From: Candidatus Sumerlaeia bacterium
GTDB taxonomy: Bacteria > Sumerlaeota > Sumerlaeia > SLMS01
Direction of reading: 5' to 3'
Assembly (NCBI GenBank): GCA_038208905.1
Contig: JBBQYG010000002.1
Location: 1 to 64,000, forward strand
Length of the DNA stretch: 64,000 nucleotides
Shown here: positions 26,371-35,500 of the stretch, in pieces
Numbering within the stretch: the first letter of the stretch is position 1
How the letters are laid out: each line of letters begins with the position of its first letter
Made by a program: the position numbers and the translations under genes
The notes under the pieces: generated by a model
The model's input: the letters and a program-made list of their open reading frames with translations, nothing else
Told to the model about the DNA's origin: nothing
Database searches by the model: none

Positions 26371-26617
26371 AGCGGCGCTCGTGGATCGCCACATCCGGGT
26401 CAACGGGGTCGCCCCCGGCCCCATTTGGACTCCCTTCATTCCAGCCATGGGCAGGGCACCGGATGACGTTGCCGCCCACGGCGACTCCTCGCCAATGAAA
26501 CGCGCAGGCCAGCCCACCGAATGCGCCTCCGCCTTCGTGTTCCTCGCGTCGCTGGACAGTACCTCCATGACCGGTCAGGGACTCCACCCCAACGGCGGGG
26601 CGATCGTGAACGGCTGA
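26371..26617 (+). pseudogene. C-terminal fragment of an SDR oxidoreductase (YhdF/YdaD general-stress type), fused in frame to the tnpA remnant
   Basis: IRVNGVAPGPIWTP..PMKRAGQPTE..FVFLAS..MTGQGLHPNGG; Rossmann GxxxGxG and YxxxK motifs missing. Confidence 0.85.
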
Positions 26618-26763
26618 TAATTAAAGGCCTCCGATTGCATTGCGCCCGGCATCATCAGGGTTTTCTGCACGGGAATCTAGTGTGGCGCCTACCGCGCCGA
26701 CCCGCAGTTTTCACGCAAGATCAGGAAGGCCAACGATACGCGCCGAAGCAAACAGTTCGCAAT

Positions 26764-26782
26764 CGATGGCCCGCTGTTTGAT
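26764..26782 (+). promoter_or_regulatory. Sigma54-like motif with -12 GA, upstream of the second DUF892 gene
   Basis: CGATGGCCCGCTGTTTGAT; matches 10006-10024 at 16 of 19 positions. Confidence 0.5.
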
Positions 26783-26842
26783 AGGGGTACATGGCTCGCG
26801 CATCCGAATTGTAGACGCTGCCAAACTCAGAAAGGTCTTCCG

Positions 26843-27460
26843 ATGAAGCTAAAGAATCTCGAAGCACTCTACGTCGAACAGTTGCAGGACATGCATAGCG
26901 CCGAACGCCAGCTCGTGGCGGCCCTGCCCAAGATGGTCAAGGCGGCAAGTCACCCCGGCCTGGCGGCGGCGTTCAAATCCCACCTCGAGCAAACCAAGCA
27001 TCACGTCGTAAGCGTTGCTGGGATCCTTGAGGGGATGGGAAAGAAGGCAGGCGGGAAGAAGTGCAAGGCGATGGAAGGCCTTGTCAAGGAAGGCTCGGAG
27101 ATCATCGCTGAAGACGCCGAGGAGGAAGTCCGCGACGCGGGGCTCATCTGCGCCGCGCAGAAGATCGAGCACTACGAGATCGCCACCTACGGCTGCCTTC
27201 GCACCTTCGCCGCCCTGCTGGGGAGAGTTAAGGAGTCTACCCTCCTCCAGAAGCTGCTCGACGAGGAGAAGACCGCCGACGAAGCCCTTACATCCCTCGC
27301 AACGGCCGCGATCAATTCCCAGGCCATGTCTCCCCCGATGGATGCGGAGCCCCGCCCCAAGCGTGCCGCGGCGCCGCGCCCCAAAGGCGCATCAGGCGCG
27401 TCGAGTGCCAAAAAGACTGTCCCGCCCAAGTCGAAACCGGCATCGCGCGGCAAGACCTGA
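26843..27460 (+). CDS. Second DUF892/YciF ferritin-like protein, with a basic Lys/Ala/Pro-rich tail
   Basis: LYVEQLQDMHSAERQL, CKAMEGLVKEG, AAQKIEHYEIATYG. Confidence 0.92.
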   Translation: MKLKNLEALYVEQLQDMHSAERQLVAALPKMVKAASHPGLAAAFKSHLEQTKHHVVSVAGILEGMGKKAGGKKCKAMEGLVKEGSEIIAEDAEEEVRDAGLICAAQKIEHYEIATYGCLRTFAALLGRVKESTLLQKLLDEEKTADEALTSLATAAINSQAMSPPMDAEPRPKRAAAPRPKGASGASSAKKTVPPKSKPASRGKT

Positions 27461-27600
27461 GACGGTGTTCCAACCAAGTCGTGCCGCATGCTCCGCCGGC
27501 GATGTTTGCTAAATGGGGCACGAAGGGTGGCCCTATTGAATGACTCGGCCCGAGCCGGGACATAGACGCCATCCTGCCCCAACCGATCACCCGCTTGTAG

Positions 27601-27651
27601 GGCGTCTTGTACCAGAATCCTGACACAGGATTCTGGTACACGCCTTTGTTT
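27601..27651. terminator. Long hairpin, probable intrinsic terminator
   Basis: Perfect 15-bp inverted repeat TGTACCAGAATCCTG-aca-CAGGATTCTGGTACA (27608-27640), outer GGCG/CGCC pair, then TTTGTTT. Confidence 0.55.
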
Positions 27652-27871
27652 AATCGGCGGGGATCAAACAGGGGTCGGTTCTGAAAGCAGCGGCCGATAG
27701 GTACATGCAAGGTGCAATCCGAGAATCTGCGCCGAATGGGGACATAATTGGACTTATGCATTCTCACCAATCGCCAAGCTGGGACTATTTTTGACGCTTG
27801 GAGGCGGACGTTGGCACAAACCCGGAGCCAGAATCCATGGGCCGCCGTCGTATCAATGTGGAGGGAGGAAG

Positions 27872-27962
27872 TGGCGGACAGGGAGAGATTCGAACTCTCG
27901 GTGGGGGTTTAGCCCACACACGCGTTCCAGGCGTGCGCCTTAAACCACTCGGCCACCTGTCC
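27872..27962 (-). tRNA. tRNA-Ser (anticodon GGA), 91 nt, encoded CCA
   Basis: Reverse complement GGACAGGTGGCCGAGTGGTTTAAGGCGCACGCCT-GGA-ACGCGTG, long variable arm, GAGAGTTCGAATCTCTC, CCTGTCCGCCA. Confidence 0.97.
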
Positions 27963-28058
27963 ACTGCCTGCGGTGCCGGGGAACTGCCCAGCGCCGCAGA
28001 GGAGCGGGAGTAGAGTGGGGGCCCCGGGTCAGGTCAACGGGGAAGTGGCGCACCCCCC

Positions 28059-28727
28059 TCAGATCGCGAAGCCGCGCCCCGGGCCGAAGTAGAAGATGTC
28101 CCCGTCGCTGATTGTTCCATTGGTGGGGTCATAGATCTGGCCGCTGCCGTGGACGTGGGGGCCCGTGGGCGCGGTGATGTGGGGCACGTTCATGTCGTGC
28201 TTTTTGTCGGGACCAAAGCTGACGAAGAAGTAGGCCACGTTGGATGGTGGCTCCTGGCCGGTAACCTCCAGAAAGAACACCCGCCACACAGTGTTCCAGT
28301 TGGAGGTGGGGGAGTTGTTCCGGCGGATCTGAACATAGTCCCACGTGATGCAGTGATAGATTTGAGACTCGCCATGCCGCACTTTTTCCGCAAAGGGATC
28401 GTTGGAAAGCGACGTGATATAGGCCACCGGCGTCGTCAGCAGGATCGGCAGGCGCGTTTCCATCGGGTTCACCGTCAGCGCCATCACGGGGCTGGGGATA
28501 TAGGCCCCCCTATCGTCGGACGGAACGGCATAGCGGCCGTTGTCCACATGGTAGGCCTCCATGGCGACGGAGAAGGAGCGCATGTCGCTCTTGACGCGAG
28601 ATATCTTGGAGCGGGTCTGGGCCTCCAGAAAGTTGGGCACCGCGATGGCCGCAAGGATGGCAATGATCGCGACGACGATGAGGAGTTCGATGAGGGTGAA
28701 GGCACGGCGGGGGCTGGCGTGTGGCAT
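28059..28727 (-). CDS. Prepilin-type N-terminal cleavage/methylation (pseudopilin, GspG-like) protein
   Basis: RRAFTLIELLIVVAIIAILAAIAVPNFLEAQTRSK; C-terminal SFGPD..YDPTNGTISDGDI. Confidence 0.9.
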   Translation of the reverse strand: MPHASPRRAFTLIELLIVVAIIAILAAIAVPNFLEAQTRSKISRVKSDMRSFSVAMEAYHVDNGRYAVPSDDRGAYIPSPVMALTVNPMETRLPILLTTPVAYITSLSNDPFAEKVRHGESQIYHCITWDYVQIRRNNSPTSNWNTVWRVFFLEVTGQEPPSNVAYFFVSFGPDKKHDMNVPHITAPTGPHVHGSGQIYDPTNGTISDGDIFYFGPGRGFAI

Positions 28728-28757
28728 GGGGGGTGGCTTTCGGGGTTGCTATCGCTA

Positions 28758-28821
28758 TTGATAAGTCAATTTCAATTGACCGCGCCCCGTCAAGCCCCTT
28801 TTCATGAGAATGCATTCGCAA
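28758..28821. promoter_or_regulatory. Two imperfect palindromic operator-like boxes in a divergent promoter region
   Basis: TTGATAAGTCAATTTCAA (28758-28775) and ATGAGAATGCATTCGCAA (28804-28821), both TGANAA-N4-TTNKCA, in an AT-rich patch. Confidence 0.45.
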
Positions 28822-28863
28822 TAAGGCCACGGCCTACATCCATCCCAAGGGAGCATTGCCACC

Positions 28864-30039
28864 ATGAAGGCATTCACCGCAGGCGCCGCGCTGGCCGCGT
28901 CGCTCGTTCTCGCCTCCGCCGCTCAGGCGCAGGTCAATTTCAACACCGTCGTCTCCATCACCCAGGAACTGACCGTTGCGGAGATCGAAACCGCGCTCTC
29001 CGCCGCCAGCACCTTCCGCATCGACGGCGTCGCCCTTGGGCCGGCAGGGACGATCTTCATCGTCCACGCGTCCACCACGGGCGCCAAGACCATCGCCCGG
29101 TTCGACGCAACGGCGGCGACGCCCACGGCGCTCTATTCCAAGAGCACCGCGCAGTTGAAGGCCGACCTGGGCGGCGTATATGCGTCGGAGGCCACCTTCC
29201 CAATCCTCGTCTCGGAACTCGTCTGGGATCCCAGTACCGGCACCAATGGCACCCTCTACTTTGCCGACGAGTCCACGGTGACCACCGGCGAGTATGCCGT
29301 GCTGCGCCTCAATCTGGACACGAACGTTGCCAGCGAAGTGCGCCGCAACAACGACATCGCCGGATGGAACAGCTTTGGCGTGCTCGCCTCCGGCAACCTG
29401 GTCGGCGCGCTTGGCGAGGAGCACGAGGTCCTCACCGGGGGCGAGCCCCAAGTGGGCAGCCTCAACGTCACCAGCGGTGTCTATACAGAGGTCGCCGACG
29501 TGGACGACTTCATCGCGAAGGCCGTCCCGGCGCTTGGCCCCACCGACGAACTCCCGCCCGAGACCATCGCCGTCAATCCCGCCAATAACGACGTCTACGT
29601 CTTTGGCCACGACAACTTCCGCATCTTCCGCGTCACCAACTTCGAGTCGGTGACATTCAATCCCGCCACCGACATCGCCCAGCTAGACATCCCCGAGTGG
29701 AACGGCGGCGACCTGAACCCCGGCTTTGTTGACCTTCACGGCTTGGCCGTGGACGAGGACGGCAACGTCTATGGATTCGACGAGGGGAACGAGGCCATTG
29801 TGATCTGGAACGGCACCGACACCTTTGACATCCCGCTCGACGACATCACGACCGCCATCGGCGGCACCGTGGGCGTCAGCGACTTCGAGCCCACGCTCTG
29901 GCGCGGACTCAAGGCCCGCAAGGTCAACGCCACCCAGAGCGAAGTCTGGCTCTCCAGCGGCACCGACGACTACGGCGTCGTGCGCATCATCCTCGGCAAT
30001 GGCCCGCTGTCCGTCGCAAATTGGCAGATGTTCCAATAG
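28864..30039 (+). CDS. Secreted acidic beta-propeller-like protein with a C-terminal SVANWQMFQ tail
   Basis: Sec signal (AAQA-Q), repeats such as GLAVDEDGNVYGFD and IAVNPANNDVYVF; GGAG RBS. Confidence 0.8.
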   Translation: MKAFTAGAALAASLVLASAAQAQVNFNTVVSITQELTVAEIETALSAASTFRIDGVALGPAGTIFIVHASTTGAKTIARFDATAATPTALYSKSTAQLKADLGGVYASEATFPILVSELVWDPSTGTNGTLYFADESTVTTGEYAVLRLNLDTNVASEVRRNNDIAGWNSFGVLASGNLVGALGEEHEVLTGGEPQVGSLNVTSGVYTEVADVDDFIAKAVPALGPTDELPPETIAVNPANNDVYVFGHDNFRIFRVTNFESVTFNPATDIAQLDIPEWNGGDLNPGFVDLHGLAVDEDGNVYGFDEGNEAIVIWNGTDTFDIPLDDITTAIGGTVGVSDFEPTLWRGLKARKVNATQSEVWLSSGTDDYGVVRIILGNGPLSVANWQMFQ

Positions 30040-30082
30040 TGGAAACAAGGGTGGTGGGCTGGGGATCCATGCCCCCGGCCCG

Positions 30083-32200
30083 CTACTCCGCCGTGCCGAC
30101 CGGCAGGACATCAACAACGATGATATTCTCCGCGCCAAGCGCGACCTCCACCTCGGCGGATTCCCCCTGCCACTTGCCGTCGCGGGAGCGGAAGGTGGCG
30201 CGGTAGCGGCCGGCGGCGATGCGGAGAAACTGGGCTGCGGGCGTGATGACTGCTCGTTTTCTCCAGATAATTGCGGCGTGGATACGAAGGGCCCGAGGCG
30301 ATCCAGAGTCACGTCGCCATCCACCGCGGCTTGTTCTGTTGGGAAGACGAGCGCGATGCCCACGTCGCGGTAGTGGATCGTGAAGTCTTGGTGCTGCTCT
30401 GCTTCATGACGATTTCAAGGGGGCCCGATGCGGCGGTGATATTGTGCAGGTCGATACGGTCGTAATCGGCATGCATGATCGAGAGATTGTCGATTCGGCT
30501 GCTCTCGCCAAGGCCGCCGATGGTGAAGTTGCCATCGGCATCCGTGGGCACGGTTGCGCCCATTTCGAGTGTCTGGCCCGTCCTGACGATGTTGGGATTC
30601 ACCTCGGCTCCGGCAATCGGCTTGCCGTCCTCGTTGCGGAGGGTGCCGATCAACTCCAATCCCTCGCCGAGTTCGATGTCAACATTTCGCCGATATTCGC
30701 CGGGGGCGAGTTCCAGCGTCTGCGGCGGCGGCGCGGTGTGGCCACTCTTCCCCACGCTGACCGCGGAGGCGACGCCCGCCTGGATGACAACGCGCCCGTG
30801 GGGAACCCGCTCGATGTAGTAGGTGCCATGGACGCCGGTGTTCACATTGGCGTTGAACGATTGGGCCCCCCCGGTGGTTGCACTCACAAGAATCCGCACG
30901 CCCTCCACCGGCTGTCGGCTTGCATCGCGGACGGTGCCAGAGATGGAGGCGTCCTTGCGAAGGATGAATCGCGTTTCCTCGCCTTCCCCGACGCGGGGAA
31001 ACTCCATGGACTTTGCGTCCGAACCGACGCCCTCCAACATGGCGGTCGCTTGGCCCGTGCCGCCGGATGGACCCATCACACGGAACCGACCACCATTGCC
31101 CGCCTTCAGGGTCGTGCGGGAAATGTTCGACCCACGGACTGATAAAATCGCTCCGTCGGCAGGTGTCTTCTCGTCCTCGAGGAGGACGATCCCCCGTGCA
31201 TAGACACCCTTGGCAAAGCGCAGCTCCACGTGGGGTGGCTTGGCATGGTTGTGTATATACACGATGACGGTATTCGGTTCGCTGAATTGCGGTTCGGCAA
31301 CTTGGACATGACCGTCGGGCGGATTTATATACAGTAGCACGCCGCTGCCGAGCATCGGGCCGGGAACATTCCTGAGCACGAAAGTCCCATCGGCACCGGA
31401 GATCGCCACCGGCGCCGGCTTGTTGGCCGGGGCACCCTCCACGAAGTTGGACTGGGAGACCTTCACCCCCGGAATCGGGGCACCGGTGGAGTCATCCAAC
31501 GTCGTTCCTGCAACGGATATGAATGGTGGAAAGCGAATCTCGATATCGGCGTCCGAACGGTTGCGAAGGTCCACCATCGTGATGGCGCTCCTGGCAGATA
31601 GGCCATCAGGCGACCGGAGCTCCGCCGTCACAACGTAGTTCCCGGGCCCCAATCCGGCGAACTCGAATGCGCCGTCCTCATCGGTGATCGTGGATTCGCC
31701 AAAGAGTCCCGCCAGGATGTTCCCAGAGGGACCTCGCGCGGTTGAGTTGCCAGCCACCACCTTTGCTCCCTCAATGGGAGTGCCGTCGACCTCCACTGCA
31801 CGCCCACGGATGGTGCGGTCGCCCCGTGCCAGACGAATCGTCACGTCGTTGGAGCCAGCATTCACCCCCTCGGCGATGCCGGGCGCAAACCCCGGCGCGC
31901 GCGCGAGAATGGTAAAGGGAATGGAGTCCTCCACTCCCTCGATGCGGAAGTTCCCGGATGCGTCGCTTGCGGCCCACGCCATCGAGAAGACATTGCCAAT
32001 CGCCTCGTGCCGCGGGCCGGTGCGCTGGCGCTCGATTCCGGGCGCTGCCACGAGCATCGCGTCGGCGATTCCCGCGCCCGATTCGTCCACGACACGCCCG
32101 GCAACGGAGCCGCCCGGGAGGAGTTGAATCACGATCTCGCCCCGCCGAGCCACGTCGGGATAGATATTGACCGCGCAGGCGAGGAACCCCGGCGCCTCCC
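30083..32200 (-). pseudogene. Decayed paralogue of the 1374-aa repeat protein (5' truncation, internal deletion, frameshifts)
   Basis: Similarity starts at EAPGFLACAVN and runs to GPLEIVMK; it resumes out of frame as DFTIHYRDVGIALVFP, shifts again to AAGRYRATFRSRDGKWQGESAEVEVALGAENII, and stops at 30083. Confidence 0.8.
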
Positions 32201-32221
32201 TTGGATTTCGCGAGGCAAGAA

Positions 32222-32371
32222 GTAGGCGCACGAGACCGACAGAGCAAGGCGAGTCGTGCGCGCGATGCCGCCTTACTACTTCCAGAGCCGAAATCCACGG
32301 TGGCATTGGCGCCTTGCCAATGCACGACCATGCCGCGGGTGCCGCTGCACGGGCGAGACGCACCGTGCTAC
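32222..32371. repeat. Cluster of GTAG/GTGG-type REP-like palindromes
   Basis: GTAG-GCGCACGA..TCGTGCGC (32222), GTGG-CATTGGC..GCCAATG (32300), and minus-strand GTAG-CACGGTGCG-TCT-CGCCCGTG (32347-32371). Confidence 0.65.
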
Positions 32372-32487
32372 TGTGCTTCGCGCGCCCGGGAAATAGAATC
32401 AGAGACTACGGAGGTCCGTTTTTCGGAAAGTTGCCCAAATAATAAAGCGGTGCGGGCAAATGCCCGCGCCGCTCCATTGCCTTTTTC

Positions 32488-32527
32488 CCCGCCGTTCCCT
32501 GCTTCTCCCTGCTTTTCCCTGCCTTCT
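32488..32527. repeat. 10-bp tandem minisatellite, about CCTGCYNTTC x4
   Basis: cccgccgttc cctgcttctc cctgcttttc cctgccttct. Confidence 0.7.
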
Positions 32528-35500
32528 CACTGCTGTTTCTGCATCCACACGCCACCGTTGCTGACGCCGGCGGCCTTGATATAGGCAACGACGGTGAAGC
32601 GGGCGCCGGGTTCGAAGGCGGGGACGGCGAGGCGGTAGATGTGGTCGCGGCGCGTATATCCACTCCAGCCGATGTGGCTGTCGGTGGCTATCTCTCCGCC
32701 GTTCATCTTCAGCGCGGCTCTCTCGATCTGGAGACCCTCGGCGCCGTTCTCGTAGTCGAAGAGCACCTGCCAGAATCCGGCGCTGGTGATGATGGCGGTG
32801 GCGTCGAATTCCACGGCGTGGACGGCGTCGCGTTTTTCGGTCTCGGCCCACGACCCAAGGCGTTGTCGTCCGGCATTGTCGGCGACCTCGATGACTAGGA
32901 TGTTCTCCGCCCCTACCTGCACGTCCGCCTCCTCGGAGGTTCCCTGCCACTTGCCGTCGGGGGATCGGAAGGATGCCTTGTAGCGGCCAGCGGCGACGTT
33001 GACGAATGTGGCGGACTCGCGACTGACGGTCTGCTTGTCGGTGAGGCGATACAGTTGCTCAGTATTGGTGGCGACGGGTGCTAGGAGGACATCGCCACCC
33101 ACGGGGTCCTGTCCCACGGGATAGACAAGCGCGACGCTGACGGCGCAGAGGGCGATGACGAATTCCTTCTCCTGCGCGTCGGGCGTGGGGGTGATTTCGA
33201 AATCACCCACGCGGACCGGCTCCGGGAACATGTTGCCCACGCGGCGAGACATCATTAGGCGATACCTCCCCGGCGCGAGGAGGCCCGTGAAGCGCCCGGC
33301 CTCTCCGCGGTTGGAGAAGGCGGTCCTGGATGCGGTTTCCCCGGCGGTGGGATTGGTGGGCATGGCGCTGAAGGTTACGTTGTTGTCGGCGGCGAGGGCC
33401 GTCAGGCCGTTGGGCCCGCTGGATTTGATGATCGCGGTGAAGGCGATCTCTCCGCTGAAGTCGAAGTTCTTCTCGATGCGCTCGCCCGGCTTGAGCTGGA
33501 GCGACTCGCTCTTGGTGAAGTTGGCGTCGGCCAGCGTGACAATGATGGATGCCCGGCCCGTGGCGATATTGGTTAACTCGTACTCGCCCTCGGCGCCAGC
33601 GGTGGCGCTGCGCGCCGCGTCATTGTTCCCATAGTACGATATCCGCGCCGTGGTCGCCGGCTTCCCATCCCGTCCGATGATCCTTCCAAACACCGACGCC
33701 TTGGACCCAAGCCGCAGGGTGATCTGCGCCGACTCGCGTCCGGCTACCGCTGCGGACTTCTCGGTATTCTGGTCCTCCGCGGGCTGATCGAGCCCGTCCT
33801 TCGCCGCGGAGAGGTGATAGTCGCCGGGGATTACCCCCGAGAGGGCGAACATGCCCTCCGCGCTTGTATAGACATTGGCGGGATCGAACGCGCCGTGGGT
33901 GGGGATGTTGTACCACTGGACGCGCTTGCGATAGAGCCCCACCGACGCCATGGCGACGGCCTCGTCCCCCTCACCGGAGACCACCCGCCCCACCAGGACT
34001 CCGCGCGGGCCAAGAGTCACGGCGGCCTCGGGCGCTTCCTTTCCCTGCTCCACCTTGATCGTGACGACGCCCACGTCGCCAGTCACGTCGGTTCCCGACT
34101 CCACGATCTGATAGGTGTGATCGCCGGAAGTGACCCCCTTCATCCGCAGCAGTCCGCCTGCCTCGAGGACTTGGGTAGAGGGTTGGCCCGCGGGCCGGAG
34201 GATTCCATACCCCTGTTGGTAGACTTCGCGGTACAGCACGCTTGCTGGCGCGGATCCATCGGCGCGCACCACGCGAATCGTGGCGGAGCCGCGGGGCTTG
34301 ATCACGATCTCCAGCGGCCCAGACGCGATGGTAAGGTTTTCCCGGCTGATGGGATCATAGTCCTCATGGCTGATGGACAGGTTGTTGATGACCGTGGTTT
34401 CCTGAAGGCTGACGATGGTGAACTTCCCCTCCGCGTCGGTGGTGGTGTTCCGGTCAACCCATGCGCTCTGGCTGTACACATTGGGATTCACGCTGGCATT
34501 GGCGATCGGCTCGCCCTTCTCGTTCTTGACGGTGCCTGTCAGGGTCAGCCCCTCGTCCAGCACGAAGTCCACGGGGCGGCGGTATTCGCCCGGCTTCAGG
34601 TCCAGCGTCTGCACTGGTGGCTGGGTGTACTTCTTTAGGTTTTCCCAGAGCGGAGATCCGCGGTCGTTGTGTTGGTCGAGGGAGGCGTGAATCTTGGCCT
34701 GGCCGTGGGGAACGTTTTCCAGATAGTAGGAGCCATCCTTGCCCGTCGCCACCCTACCACCGTTGAAAGTCGTCATCTGCCCGCTCATGAGTGTGACGCC
34801 AGCCATGACGAAGACGCCCTCGACAGGCTCACCCGCGGGACCGCGGACAGTTCCGGAGATCGCTGCGTTCTTCTTCAGGATCAGGCGCACCTCGTCCGGC
34901 TCGCCGGTGGAGGGAATCACGACGTCCATTCGGTCCGTGCCGAATCCAGCAAGCGCCGCGAAGACATTGGCCTGATAGCCGGGAAGGCCCAGCACGACAA
35001 AGCGCCCCTCGCTGTCGGTGTTGACGCTGGTGGCGCTTCCGCGTTCCCGCTGCATCGTCACCTCGGCCCCTGCCGCGGGGGTCGCTTCGTCGTCCTTGAG
35101 GACAACCCCATTCACCGTGACTCCCTTGGCGAAGCGCAGTTCGACTTTCGGCGGAATTGATGGATCGGGAATCTGAAGATGAACTTGGTCTCCCCAGTTC
35201 CGGAGATCGGGGGCCTTGAGATAGCCCGTCGGCGGCAGGGAATAAATGGCGATGCTCTGGCCCTGCATCGTCACTTGATCGAGCGTGAACGTTCCGTCGA
35301 TGCCGGAGGTGGCGACGGGAGCCTCGCGATTGGCGGGAGCGCCCTCGCTGAAATTGGACGTGGAGACCTTGACCCCGGCAAGTGGGGCCCCTGTGGTGTC
35401 CTCCAGCGCGATGCCCGTGATCGATACCGGCTTGGGAAAGCGCAACTCCACCTCGGCGACTTTCTCGGTCGTCAGATCAACGCTTTGATTGATCTGTCGC

